Source of the DNA: Hemiscyllium ocellatum
Taxonomy: Eukaryota
Assembly (NCBI RefSeq): GCF_020745735.1
Contig: NC_083445.1
Coordinates: 2,108,001 to 2,172,000, forward strand
Reading direction: 5' to 3'
DNA: 64,000 bases
Shown here: positions 34,850 to 48,808 of the stretch, piece after piece
Numbering within the stretch: the stretch's first letter is position 1
Layout: each line of letters starts with the position of its first letter
Notes under the pieces: model-generated
What the model was told of the DNA's origin: nothing
Databases searched by the model: none
The model's input: the letters and a program-made list of their open reading frames with translations, nothing else
Made by a program: the position numbers and the translations under genes

Positions 34850-37400
34850 GAACATAGAACAGTCCAGCGCAATAAAGGTCCTTCAGCCCTTGATGCTGTG
34901 CCGACATTTTATCCTACTCTAAGATAAAAACTAACCTGCATACCCTTCATTGTACTATTATCCGTGTACCTATCCAAGAGTTGCTTAAATGTCCTTAATG
35001 TACATGATTCTACCAGCATCACTGGCAGTGTTTTCCATGCACCCTCCACTCTCTGTGTAAAGAAGGACTTCTGTCATCTCCCCTAAACCATCCTCCAATC
35101 TCCTTAAAATTATGCCCCCATGTGATTGCCATTTCTGGGAAAAAAGTCTCTGATTATTCACTCTATCAATGCCTCTCATCATCACATACACTTCTATCAA
35201 GTTGCCTCTCAGCCTTCTTTGCTCCAATGAGAAAAGCCCCAGTTCTCTCAATCTTTCTTCGTAAGACATTCTCTCCAGTCCAGGCAGCATCCTGGTAAAT
35301 CTCCTTTGCACCCCTTGAAAGCTTTCTCGTCTTTCCCATAATGATGATCAGAACTGAACACCATATTCCAAGACTGGTCTAACCAGGGCTCTATACAGCT
35401 GCAACATAACCTCACGACTCAATTCCCCTTGCTAATGAAAGCCAACACATCGTACTTTTTTTTAACAACTCCGTAAACTTGGTGGCAACCTTGAGGGACC
35501 TATGGACATGGAACCCAAAATCCCTCTGTTCTTCCCATTGCCAAGAATCTTGCCTTTACCCCTGTAGTCTGCATTCAAATTTGACCTTCCAAAGTGAACC
35601 ACTTCACACTTTTCTATCTGCCACCCGTACGCCCAGTTCTGCATCCTGTCAATGTCCCGGTGCAACCTATAAAAGCCCTCCACCCTCTCCACCACTCCAA
35701 CAACGTTTGTGTCATTACTAACCCACACTTCCACTTCCTTATCCAAGGCATTTAGAAAAAAAATCACAAAAAGCAGAGGTCCCCAAACAGATCACTGCGG
35801 AACATCACTGGTCATCTAGCTCCAAACTGAATACTTTTGATCTACAACCACCCTCTGTCTTCTATGGGCCAGCCAATTCTGTATCCAGATAGTCAAATAT
35901 CCCTGTATCCCATGCCTCCTTATTTTCAGAATAAGTCTACCATAAGGAACCCTATCAAACATCTTGCTAAAATCCATTTACACCATACCCACTGCTCTAA
36001 CTTCATCACTGTGTTTTGTCACATCCTCAAAGAATTCAATAAAGCTTGTGAGGCAGTCCTGCTCCTCACAAAGCCATGTTGACTAGTTCTAATCAAACTA
36101 TGGTTTTCCAAGTAATCATAAATCCTGTCTCTCCGAATCCTCTCCAATAATTTGCCCACCACAGATGTAAGACTGGCTGGTCGATAATTCCTAGGATTAT
36201 CCCTATTCCCTTTCTTGAACAATGGAATAACATTTGTCACCCTCCAATCATCTGGCACTACTCTAGTGGACAGTGATGATGCAAAGATCATCGTCAAAGG
36301 CACTGAAATCTCTTTCCTAGCTAGCTGTAGTAATCAGGATATATCCCATCTGGCCCAGGGGACTTATCTATTCTTACATTTCTCAAAATTTTCAGCACAT
36401 CTTCCTTCTTAACATCAAACTGTTCGAGCACATCAGCCTGTTTCATGCTGTCCACACAAATGACAAGGTCCCTCTCAGTAGCGAATACTGAAGCAAAGCA
36501 TTCATTAAGGACCTCCCCTACCTCCTCCAACTGCAGGCACAAGTTCCCTCCATTATTTCTAATCATGCCTACCCTCACTCTGGCCACCAACTTGTTCCTC
36601 ACATAAGTGTAGAATGCCTTAGGGTTTTCCTTAATCCTACCTGCTAAAGCTTTCTCATGCCCCTTTATAGCTTTCCTAAGCCCATTCTTCAGTCCCTTCC
36701 CTGGCTACCTTGTAACTCTCTAGAGCCCTGTCTGATTCTTGCCTCCTCAACATTAAGTAAGTTTTCATCTTCCTCATGACTAGATTTTTCACATCCCTTG
36801 TCACTCAAGGTTCTTTCAACTACCATCCCTTCCTCAGTGGGCCAAACCTGTCCAGCACTATAAGCAAGTGCTCTCCAAACAACCTCCACATTTGTCGTGC
36901 ATTTTCATGAGAACATCTGTTCCCAACTTAATGCCCCAGTTCCTGCCTAATATAATTGCAAATCCCCCTCCCTCAATTAAATACTTTCCCAACCGTCTGC
37001 TCCTATCCCTCTTCATGACCATAGTATAATAAAGGTCTGGGACATGTGGTGACTATCACTGGAATGCTTTCCCACTGAGAGATCTGACACCTTGCCTTCT
37101 TTGTTGCCAAGCACCCAACCAACATGGCCTCCCCTCTACTCGGTCTATCTGCATATTGTGTCAAGAAACCTTCCTGGATACACCTGACAAAAACTGCTCC
37201 ATTCAAACTAAGAATGTTCCAATCAATATTAGGAAGTTAAAGTCACCCATGACAACAACCCTGTTACTTCTGCACCTTTCCAAAATCTGCCTCCCAATCT
37301 GCTCCTCTGTGTCTCTGCTGCTATTGGGGGGCTTGGGGGAGAAGTGTGTGTGTGTGTGTGTGTGTGTGTTGGGGGGAGGGGGGTGTGTCTAGAAACCATC
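34850..37400 (-). mobile_element. CR1 ORF2 fragment (second subfamily), degraded
   Basis: Minus ORFs 36019-36303 (FKKGNRDNPRNYRPASLTSVVG), 36321-36602 (DKSPGPDG) and 34985-35311. Confidence 0.9.
37344..37369. repeat. (GT)13 microsatellite
   Basis: Read directly from the sequence. Confidence 0.95.
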
Positions 37401-38719
37401 TAATAAAATGACTGCTAAATAAAGTTACAGGAACATTTACCTTCCCAGCAGCCCCATGGTCCGTGTTCTCACCACTCCTGCTGCCTCACTGTTGAATTTT
37501 TAACTTTATTTCCTTATTTTTCTCCTTCATACCTAAGATTTTGTACCCATGTACCTTTGTACTTAAGATGGCACCAGGAATGGCAATATTGAATACTTTT
37601 CACTGTACTCCTGTATCCTTGTATTTGTGTACATATGACAATAAAATGTAATTCTAATTCCAATTTCTCTGTGAAAACTCCTCAAGAAATAAACCCTGTC
37701 GGGAATCAGAACAGTTTACACTTAAATGTCTTCTGTGGTCTACACTCAGATGGACACGATGTATATTTGTCGCCGAAAATCCTGAATGAAGAACTTACAG
37801 AGTGCGTAGATCCAAAGGATCACTTCCATGGATCAACAGAAAGTGAGGTTCCATCCAAAGTACAGGGAAGAGGAGAAAGTCAGGATATTCCTTCATAAAT
37901 ACTCAACAAACAAGATATTGAGAGGCCAGGTACCAGGTCACACTCCTTGTTTGGAGAAGAGGTAATTAAACTAAACATAAAGTGCCCTGAAAAGAAGAAA
38001 CTGAACTACATTATGATACAGAAGGGGAGAGGGAATGCTGACATACTTTCTTCTTTAACTGATATAACTATAGTTTAACTTTTATCCTTTCCCCAAATTC
38101 TGGCAAGGCTAGGTGTTCTTTCTAGCACTCAATTGCAGGACTATCCCTGACTGGATCTGACAACAACAATAAACTTATTCAACAGACATATTAAGATAAA
38201 ATATCACCTTCAAAGTACAGGAGGGTGTACCAACATGTCAAAGACAACAGCAGTTAAAGAAGGTGGCTCATTTTCAAGGGTAAATAATGGTCAGCAAAAA
38301 ATGCTGGCCGAGCTAATGATGCCAGCACTTCATGAACGACGCTTTTTTAAAGAGCCAAAAAGAAATTCCTGGAACACTCCCAGAAGCACTATGAATGGGT
38401 TTTTGAGAAGTGATGGGATGGTACTCGTTTAATTTATCTTATTCATATCCCATTAGCGCTCTAAATAGATCACCACAATCTATTCTGTTAATAAAGTTTT
38501 GATCATAAATGTAAGCTTGCATATCATCTTCTGACCAGACAATTACCTACAAAAAGATGATTGCCACACTAAAAGCAAAAAAAAAGTTCCAGAAGTTATC
38601 CAAAATCACGGGGCAATGGGAACTTTTACTAATGGGAAAAATGAGACATAATAATGAGAAATGGATGAATGTGGTCTTCAGTTTAGAGAGTGTGATTGAC
38701 ATCAGATCTAACAATATCA

Positions 38720-39255
38720 ATGACATAAATAAGTAATCAATTTACAGATAAAGCAGAAAATCATTTGATTGGAGATGAGGAGAGTTATTCTGCCCAATCC
38801 CACTATTGCTATGCAGGAGATTTTTGGCTGTATTATCACCAGTTCCTTCCAGTAGCTGCTGGGATTTGGAATGGAAACACGTTTCAGCATTTCTACAGCC
38901 AAAGATACTGCTCCAGGATGGTTTGCTGCCTCCCTAAATCCACAATCAAGAATGTCACTGAGTAGCTGCAGAATATTCTTATTGGGAGTGAATGAATGGG
39001 CAGAAGGCATGGTCTATATCGCTATCAAAAACATAGGTAAGAAGGGAGAACTGGTCTTAAAAGTAGATGTTAGAGGTTTAGGAACGGGTTTAAATGCAGG
39101 ACTTCAAAGGCAGCAACATCAGGATTATGCCCAGTGCAACATATTAGAAATAAGAGAATAGAGCAAATGAACACATGGCTGGAGAGATGGTGAAGGAGGG
39201 GAGCTTCCAATTTCTGAGACATTGGGACCAGTTCTTGGGCAGGTGAGACTTACAC
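38720..39255 (+). mobile_element. Degraded CR1 ORF1 esterase fragment
   Basis: AGAGCAAATGAACACATGGCTGGAGAGATGG...CATTGGGACCAGTTC parallels 7405-7480 and 59490-59560. Confidence 0.6.
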
Positions 39256-41694
39256 AATGAAAAATGTAGTAATGCAGCAATTAAAGGGTGCCACTTGCAA
39301 TCCTTTGCATTTTGCTATTTCCCATGCAATTACAACTAAATTTAACACACACTCAGGGAGGATTTTTAGTAGTTTAATCTGCCATTGGTCTACAGTTGAG
39401 CAGGTATGTGTTTGCTATGAACAGGGAAGTTGTTCAACACGATCACAATGTTGCTACAATTAACCTATGATTTATTGACAGCACAAAGTTGACATAGTCT
39501 TTTTCAAATTTAAATGTCATTTGTAAATATTTCACATTTCATTGGTTTCACTTTTACTCCTGTGTGTCACCATTATTTGATGAGATGAACTCAGTCAGAC
39601 AGCTAGTACTGGCACACCTCATGTTGGCTTACAGTTTGATAATCACACAGAAAATAGAGACATTATTTTATTGTGGAAAAAAACAGTCAGGTATTTTTGA
39701 ATTCACTATTAATTGAATATTCATGTCAATTTTGAACTTGCCATACCTTGGAACAATGTTGAACTTGCAGGCTAAGCTGACCATTTCCTCTGGGTGAACT
39801 CAAAGCCCTATAAGGACTCTGCCAGCCAACAGCTGAAATAGACATTTCAGCACTATGGGCTCTGCCCTTTAAGTTCCTCATTTTCTTATCTTGCCTGACT
39901 GACTGTTCCCACCATCTCACACCACACCCAGGATGCCAGGTCCTTCCCCCTTCTACTTCTCCAGTTAATTTAACCAGGTTTTCCTGGATTAACAAAGTCA
40001 GCAAATTTATTAACTGCTAAATGTGAGAAGAAAAAGGAGTCCAACATACACTCACACAGTAGAAGTAAGCAGCAAGTCCAAAAAAAACAAAAGTTAAAGA
40101 ATTACACAGATCAATCTATGAATTGTTTATTAACAGTAGGTACTGTGATGTTGTCATAATCACTGGATGTCAACAATAATATTGATGTTGGCAGTTGAGC
40201 AGTCGATTTTGTGATTCTTGGTTTTGCAGGTTGGTGGAAGTTTTGTGGTTCTGATACCTTTTGACATTCACTGAATTCCAGCATTCAGAGTAAAAGAAAG
40301 CTTTTCCCTTTGTTTTACCTACAGTTCAAGGGTGTTCATATTGTCTGTTCTCAAGGCTGTGGTCTTCACAGCACTCTAGTCCACATATTAGCACATCCAG
40401 ACAATAAAACACAGGCTAGTGCTGTAGTCAGTTTTTAACGCCTTTTTATTGTACATTCCTGGAAGGTTAAACACATCAGACTGCAGTATTGACTTTCTCC
40501 TGAGACAGGGAGGTAATCAGCCCACTTGTTATCTCTTCTTGCTAAGTCTCTCACCTGCTTGAAGTTTCCCTAACACATTTCAGAGTGACATTTCATGGAC
40601 TTCTCAGAAGACTTTGGCAGTCACTGAATAACATCAGCTTTGGTTCTAATCACAGTTCTTCTTCTTAAAAGGCACATCTTGGAATTAAAACTAAAAGCTA
40701 TCCATAAGTACTTTGGAGTTTTGATCAGTTGCTGTAACAAGACTGTCAGTTACATACAAATTAAGAATAGGAGTAAAAATGGAAAGAATTGAGGATGCTG
40801 TAAATCAGAAACAAAAACAGAAGTTCTGAGCAAGGGTCACCTGACCCCAAACGTTCACTCTGATTTCTCTTCAAAGATGCTGCCAGACATGCTCAACTTT
40901 TTCAGCAACATCTGGTTTTGGTTAAGAACAGGAGTAAGCTTTTTGGCCATTTGAGCCTACTCCACCATTCAAGAAGGTAACGACTGAATTGATTTTAATC
41001 TCAACTCTACATTATTGTATGTTCATGATAACTTTTCACCTCTTTGCTCATCACAAACCTCTGCTTTAAAACCTCCAAAGATTCTGCCTCCACTTCTTTC
41101 TGAGGCAGAGAATTCCAAAGACCCATAACCCTCTGAGAGAGGAAAACAAATTCTCCTGATCTCTATTTTAAAAGTAACACGATCGCTCAAAAATCACCCA
41201 AAAGTCTAATGCAAAGTATAGCACAGCCTGAATGAAAGTTGAAATCATATTTATTAACAAAACAAAAGTAAACTAAACACAGTACATTTAAAAATGTAAG
41301 GAAGCTGCTCTCTATACAGAACATCTCACAGAAAGCTGCTCTGTCCGCAGCTGACATCAGTGTATGACGACGGGCACTGACATTGCACGTGCGCAGAACA
41401 GCACAAACATGGATGCACACACAGAAAGACAGGCATGAAAGAAGCGCATGCTGGAATCATGTTATTGGCAATGGAGGTAAGCGTTCTCGAAAATACCATT
41501 CCTTAATTCTTTAGCAACGTTATAGCCAAATCACACTGCCAAAGTAAGCATTATCCCAGAACTGTCTGTAGTGTGCTGACCAGAATTGTACACAATATTC
41601 TACATGTGGCCTAATTAAAATTTTATACAGTTGCAACATGACTTGCCTATTTATATACTCTTTGCAATGACCAATGAAGGCAAGCATGTCAGCA

Positions 41695-44600
41695 TTTTTT
41701 TAAAAATATATTTTTATTGAAAAAATAGATTTTTAAAATATTACAACAATTACAAAACTATACAAAAAAAAACACAAAAAAAGTTTTAAAAAATCCAACT
41801 GCCCTCATGTACAAATGGGGATTTTTGGACATCTAACCGAGCAAGATATTCTTTCTTGCACAGAAAGTGAGGATATTGAAGTTTTTTCTTATGTGCATCT
41901 GCAGGGAACACACTGGGCAGGCCAAGAAGAAGAGAGATCGGGTCCTTCTCCATCCTTACCCCCAAAGTCCTCTCCATTGCACCTGCCACAGTGCTCCAGT
42001 ATATTTGAAGCCTATAACAAGACCAGAGACTGTGGGTAAGAGTGCCCATACAGAGCTTGCACTTGGGACATGCAGAAGATACCCCTGGTTTAAATTTTGA
42101 TAAACAGTCCAGAGCCAAGTGGACCCTGTGGAGAATCTTCAACTGTAAAGCATGGGTCCTATTGCAAACTGATATCTTTAGCAACGTTCTGGCCTTTGGC
42201 ATTTTCCCAAATATTTTCTTATGGCTCTGAGGTGACTTCAACACCAAGCATCTCCCACACACTGCAGAGTCGATCGAATGCATTTGAGGGGGCACCTCTC
42301 CCCCCACCTTCCCATATTGATGATATGAAGTGCTGACAGAAAGCACCCTCCTCTCTATGTTGGAGTTGTAGGGATCAATCAAAAGTGTAGTCATTTTTTG
42401 AATAAAATCCTTAATTTGAAAAAAATGCAAGAGGTCCCTGTTAGATGACTCGTATTTCCATGCTAACTGATCAAAGGACATATTGTGTCTCCCTCAAATA
42501 ACTCTCCCATGTAAGATATACCCCTAGCTGCCCAATGTTTGAATCCTGAATCCATCACCCCGGTTCAAAGCCCGGCATAGGTGTAAAAGAAGATGTTTTG
42601 CCAATATTGCCTTCTCTCTGCCGAAATGCCCTCCATGCTTTAACAATATTGATAACTATTGGGTTATGGCAATATTCCCTAACTGTCCTCATTTTGTCTA
42701 GAAACAACAAACTAGTAAGGGTCCATCTTGCCTGGGAGGCTTCGATATCTAACCATATTGAAAGAGGGTCCCCACAGGCCCAATCACTCACATAAGATAA
42801 AAGCAAGCTTAGTTAGTAGATTTTAATGTCCGGAAGGTCCACTATCCCCAATCTGTGAGGCAATTGCATTTTAGCTAATTTAATGAGGGGCCACTTACAA
42901 TGCCAAATAAAGGAGCTGAACCAGCCGTTCAGTCTCCTGAAAGTTTATTTATTGAAAATCAGGGGGGGGGCATCCATATAGGGTTTAACAAATGGAGGAG
43001 AATATTCATCTTAATAAATGCCATCCGACCCAACCATGAGACCAGAAACGCCTCCCATTTTTGAAGGCCTTGTTGGATATTGTCAAATAATTGAACAAAA
43101 TTGGCTTTGAACAGCCAATCTAGAACTGGAGTATTGAATATGCCCAAATACATAAAACCCCGCTCTGACTACTTAAAAGGGAAACGATATTCGCCCTCAA
43201 GACCAAGCACCTTTGGAAGACCACTCATAGGCATCGCCTCTGATTTTGCAAGATTAATCTTGTACCCCGAAAAGGCACCAAATGCGCAGATACATTGTAT
43301 CAGGCGAGGCACTGAAACTGCTAGATTTGACAAAAAAATTCGGATATCGTCAGCATACAATGAAATCTTATGTAATTTTGATCGCATTTCAGGAGCTGAT
43401 AAATTAGGATCCCCACGAATGGCCTCACTAATGGTTCAATCACCAACGTAAAAAGCGGTGGCAAAAGGGGACAGCCCTGCTGCCTACCCCTAAAAATGTT
43501 AAAATTGCTTGATCGCACCCATTGTTGATAAGCGCAGCAAGAGGGTAACTGTAGAGAACCTTACCCATCGTATAAAGACTTCACCCAAAATTAACTGCTC
43601 CAAAATATAGAAAAGATACAGCCATTCAACTCAGTCAAACGCCTTCTCTGCATCTAGAGAAATCACCAATCCCTGTGCTGACTGTTGTTGACCTACTGTT
43701 AAGCAGCCTCCTAACATTATTGGAGGACCTGCGGCCCTTTATGAAGCCCATCTGATCCTCTTTAACAATAGAAGGTAACACAGTCTCCGGCCTTATCGCG
43801 AGAGTCTTAGAGAGGATTTTATAGTCACGTTGAAAAGTGAAATAGGCCTTTACGAAGCACAGTCCTCCGAGACCTTCCCTTTTTTAAGAATAAGCGAAAG
43901 ATTGGCCTCTCTGAGAGATGGCGGGAGACAATCATGCCTCTATAAGTCATTAAACATCTTGAGCATTGGGCCTGGCAGTCTGTTTAGAAATTTCTTATAG
44001 AATTCACTGGGATTGCTTTCTACTCTGAAGCTGCTTGCTCTGATAAGGGGGCATTGAGAAAAGACTGTTCCTCAGGGATCATGACCGGGAGCTCCAGATC
44101 CTTAAAAACATTCCATTTTGCCTCGTCCCTCCTCACAACCCTCAGATTGGTATAACTTAGAGTAAGATCTCTGAAATGCCACATTAATCTTTTGGAGTCA
44201 CATGTTAGGTTCCCAGACTCTTTCCGAATCGCCGGAATGGCTTGAGGGGCACTCCTTTTTCTGGAGAGATATGCTAAGTATTTGCCTAGCCTGTCACCAT
44301 GCTAATATAACCTTTGATTTGCAAAAGTAAGCTCCTTCTCTGCTGTCTGCGTGAGCATGGAATTCAATGCATATTGCAGCGCCGTAACCCTCTATAGCTT
44401 GACCAATGAGGGCCTGTCAAAGTAAGCCTTCTCGGCTGCCTTCAACTGTGCTTTGAGAGACATTGCTGATCACTCTTCTGCCGTTTCCTACTGGCAGAGT
44501 AGGAAATAACTAACCCCCAGCATAGGTTTTGGCAGTTTCCCAAAGGATGGATGGGCTACTAACTGAGCCTGAGATAATATCTAGGAATGCCCGAAATTTC

Positions 44601-46925
44601 CAAGAGAAGTACTCCACAAACTTATTATCCTTGAAGATAAAGGGATCCATTCGCTAGTGCCTCGAACCCACTGTAACATCCTTAATCTTAACCAACAGAT
44701 ATACTGGAGCATGATCGCAGATGGTAATATTACCAATCATACAAGATGCCACCAAGTCCAGAGTGTCCACAGGCAACCAATCAATCCTGGTGTCACACCT
44801 GTGTGGATTGGAAAAAAATGTAAAATCCCTGCCTGTAGGGTGGAGACGCCTTCAGACATCAACCAACCCTACCTCCACACACAGAACCACTAACTCTTTT
44901 AGTTTGTGCAGAAAGGTATTGAGGGGCCTTTGGGCAACCTGTCTACTGTGGGATCCATGAGACAGGTAAAATCTCCCCCTATAATGATGTGCTGGGACTC
45001 AAGACTGATCAGTTTAGAAAACACATCTACCAAAAATTTGAGGGGATGGGCTAGAGGGCAATAAACATTTAAAACACCACATTCTTCCCCATTTATCAGG
45101 GCTTTGAGAATTACAAAACCTCCCATGTATCTTTAACACACTCTAGTAACTTAAATGGGAGATTTCTCCTACCGAATATAGCCACTCCATTACTTCTGGT
45201 AATAAATGATGAAAAGTAATTCAAATGCTCCCTATCATTCAAGTGTGTCTCCTGTAACAAAGCAATATCCACCTTCTCCTTTCTAAGACTCAAAAGTACC
45301 TTCTTCCTCTTAATTGGTGGGTGACTCCCCTTGATATTCCAGGTACACAATTTAATCAAGTCATTAGCCATAACCTTCTGCAGTAACGTTTAAATTCCAG
45401 AGAGGAGGAATTCCAACCACAAATCGCTGAGCCTTAATGTCACATGATCCATTGAATCTAAAAACTATATAAACTAAAACGAATACATTTAACAAACCTA
45501 CAAAACTACCAAAGACTGTATACAACAAAAACCAAAAAAACAAACCAACATATAAAACACAAATGGCACTGAATAGGAGAACTCAACCTCTGCCAAAACT
45601 ACTCATCCCAATCTGCCCATATGTAGGCATCGAGCCATCCCAATCATTTTCCCTCCTCCCAGCTATGAGCCACACTGCAAACACAAGCAGAAAAAAAAAT
45701 ACACCAAGGAATAGCAATATGAATAAAGAAAAACTTGTTTTTAGAGAAAAAAAGAGGTAAATATCCCACCCATCCTTTTGTATAACTTAACTTAGAAATT
45801 GAAAATACACATCTTAACCACTGCCAAACATAATTTAAAGCCAATTATTACCAATAAAAAGGGAAAAGAAAGCTCCAACTGGACTTCCTCTGTTTTAAAA
45901 AGAAAGACATACTCAAATAACATTATTATTTGTACATACTAAATTGTTCAGATTAGGTTTTTCCCACAAAGTCTCTTACCTTCTCCGACGTGTCAAAAAG
46001 ATATACAGATCCATCTAAGGTGATACGAAACACCGCCGGATACCTCAGAGTATCCCAGATCCCAAGCTCCCTCAATCTTCTCTTGACACCGTCATAGGAT
46101 TTTCTTTTCTAAATCACAGCCACTGAGAAGTCCTGGAAGAACATGTTCTTAGAGCCCTGGTAAATGAGGGCCTTCGGCTCCTTCCCTTGGATTCTGGAAG
46201 CTTCCACCATTCTCTCCTTGTCTCTATAGTGATGAAACTGCGCCAGGAGAGGACGAGGACATTGACCCAGACCTGATCTCAGCACCGTGACCCAGTGAGC
46301 CCTGTCAATCTTCAAGCCTCTCATGCCAGCCTCCAAGTTAAGGAATTTCGGCAACCAGTCCTCAATAAAATCCCCCGGCCGTTCACCTTCCTTACCCTGA
46401 GGCAGACTGACAATCCAAATATTTTTTCTCCTGCCGCTGTTCTCAACATCATCCACTTGGACACGCAAATTACGGACCTGCATCTCCAGGGCTTGGATCC
46501 TATTCTTGGAGGAACTGGAATCAGCTTCCACCACTATGACTCTGTGTGCAACCTCATCCATCCTTTTTTCCAGGTCTCCCAGCTGCTGTTCATGCTTCTG
46601 CAGCATGATAGAGATCGAGGCCAGCTTCTCCTCTATCTACTTATCCAACATCTCGTGAGATTTCATGAGCTCCTTCATCAGGGCCTGATAGGAAATCAAG
46701 TCCAAGGATCCAGCAGGTTAGGCCACGGGTCCGGCATTAGATGCTCCTCCTCTCTTCTCCGGCAAGTTAATTTTTCAAAGTTTCCTGGGGCTTCAGGACC
46801 TTTCCAGAGTTCCAGGATATTGCAATGGTCCAGGTTGGGCAGGTTAGCAGTTAGTCACACTTGTAATGTGAGGTGGAGCTCTGCAATGCAATCGTCCTAG
46901 ATCGCTGCCATCTTGGTTCCTTCTT
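41695..46925 (-). mobile_element. Near full-length L1-clade LINE, inactivated, nested in an older CR1
   Basis: The 5' end has CAAGATGGC (46915-46907). ORF1 (46606-46109) has a coiled coil plus ENSGRRKNIWIV..IDRAH..PRPLL. ORF2 starts MANDLIKLCTWNIKG..LLQETHL (45371) with RT pieces (GRQQGCPL, LYADDI) and a C-terminal CPKC..H..WSC knuckle. AATAAA and an A-tail lie at about 41695-41720. CR1 sequence flanks both sides. Confidence 0.92.
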
Positions 46926-47204
46926 GCCTAGATTGTTTTGTATGTTGATGTTACCATGCTTTCTGCTATTTATTATCTATTTCCCTCCTGCATTATATGT
47001 TCCAAAATACATCAAATTGCATTTGCCTGGATTGACTTCCATTCGTCATTTTGCTGCCCAAGTCTCCACCCTATCTATATCCTGCTTTCTCTGGCAATCC
47101 TCCTCACTATCCACAGCTCCCCCAATCTTTGTGTTGGCTGCAAACTTACTCATCATGCCAACTACATTTTCCTCCAAATCATTTATATGTAATACAAACA
47201 ACAA

Positions 47205-48808
47205 GGGTTCCCCGCCAGTATCCTTCCGCTGACACTCTCATTCATTTGGCTGAACTGGTCCTCACACTTAACAATTTCTCCTTTGAATCCTCTCACTTCC
47301 TCCTGACAAAAGGGGTAGCTATGCGCACCCACATGGGCCCCAGCCAAGTCTGTCTTTTTGTCGGCTACGTAGAACAGTCCATCTTCCGTAGTTACATCGG
47401 CACCACTCTCCACCTCTTCCTCCACTACATTGATGACTGCATCGGCGCCACTTCCTGCTCCCACGAGGAGGTTGAGCAGTTCATCAACTTCACCAACACA
47501 TTCCACCCCGACCTTAAATTCACCTGGACCATCTCTGACACCTCCCTCCCCTTCCTGGACCTCTCCATCTCCATCAATGACAACCGACTTAACACTGACA
47601 TTTTTACAAACCCACCAACTCCCACAGCTACCTGGATTACACCTCTTCCCACCCTACCTCATGCAAAAGTGCTACTCTGTATTCCCAATTCTTCCGCCTC
47701 CGCCATATCTGCTCCCAGGAGGACTGTTCCACCACAGAACTCACCAGATGGCCTCTTTCTTCATAGACCATAATTTCCCTTCCCATGTGGTTGAAGATGC
47801 CCTTCAACACATCTCATCCGTGTCCCTCAAACCCCAGCCCTCCAATCACAACAAGGACAACACTCCCCCTGGTTCTCACCTTCCACCCTACCAATCTCCA
47901 CATAAACTGCATCATCTGCCAACATTTCCACCACCTCCAAACAGACCCCACCACCGGGGATATATTTCCCTACCCACCCCTATGCGCTTTCCACAAAGAC
48001 CATTCCCTCCATGACTACCTGGTCAGGTCCACGCCCTCCAACAACCCACCCTCCCTTCCTGGCACCTTCCCCTGCCACCGCAAGAATTGCAAAAACCTGC
48101 ACCCACACCTCCCTCCTCACCTCCATCCAAGGCCCCAAAGGAGCCTTCCACATCCATCAAAGTTTCACCCACACATCCACCAATGTCATTTATTGTATCC
48201 AAATCTCCCAATACAGTCCCCTGTACTTTGTGGAGACTGGACGCCTTCTCGCAGAGCAGTTTAGGGAAAATCTCCAAACACCCGCACCAATCAACCCCAC
48301 CGCCCCGTGGCCGAACATTTCAACTCCCTCTCCCACTCTGCCAAAGACATGCAGGTCCTGGGCCTCCTTCACTGCCACTCCCTCACCACCCGACGCCTGG
48401 AAGAAGAACGCCTCATCTTCTGCCTCGGAACACTTCAACCCCAGGGCATCAACTGTGGACTTCACCAGTTTCCTCATTTCCCCTCCCCCTACCTTACCCC
48501 AGTTCTAACCTGCCAGCTCAGCACCGTCCTCATGACAATCTCCTTTCCCACCTATCTTCTCCACTCTCCCCTATCACTTTCATCCCCACCTCCATCCACC
48601 TATTGTACTCTTAGCTACTTTCTCCCCAACCCCATCCTCCCCTCCCATTTATCTCCCCACCCCAGAGGCTCCCTGCCTCATTCCTGATGAAGGACTTTTG
48701 CCCGAAACGTTGATTTTCCTGCTCCTCCGATGCTGCCTGACCTGCTGTGCTTTTCAAGCACCACTCAAATCTTGACTCTGACCTCCAGCATGTGCAGTCC
48801 TCACTTTA
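47205..48808 (+). mobile_element. Penelope-like element: RT C-terminal half, GIY-YIG and terminus
   Basis: Motifs LVLTLNNFSF..KGVAM..MGP..YIDD..LPFLD (47051-47773), then VIYCIQ..LYFVETG and LGTLQPQGIN. A hammerhead-like motif lies at 48680-48715 with one stem II mismatch. Frameshifted. Confidence 0.92.

Noticed and set aside
37635-37898. 87-aa plus ORF, and a minus-strand MEVILWIYAL|GTAAGT leader-like motif, in unique DNA
   Set aside because: No recognisable domain and no partner exons were found.
40130-40740. Minus-strand fragments such as NVTLKC and PAKPRIT suggesting a second Ig gene
   Set aside because: They are flanked by in-frame stops, show no coherent exon with matching phases, and the motifs are too short to be significant.
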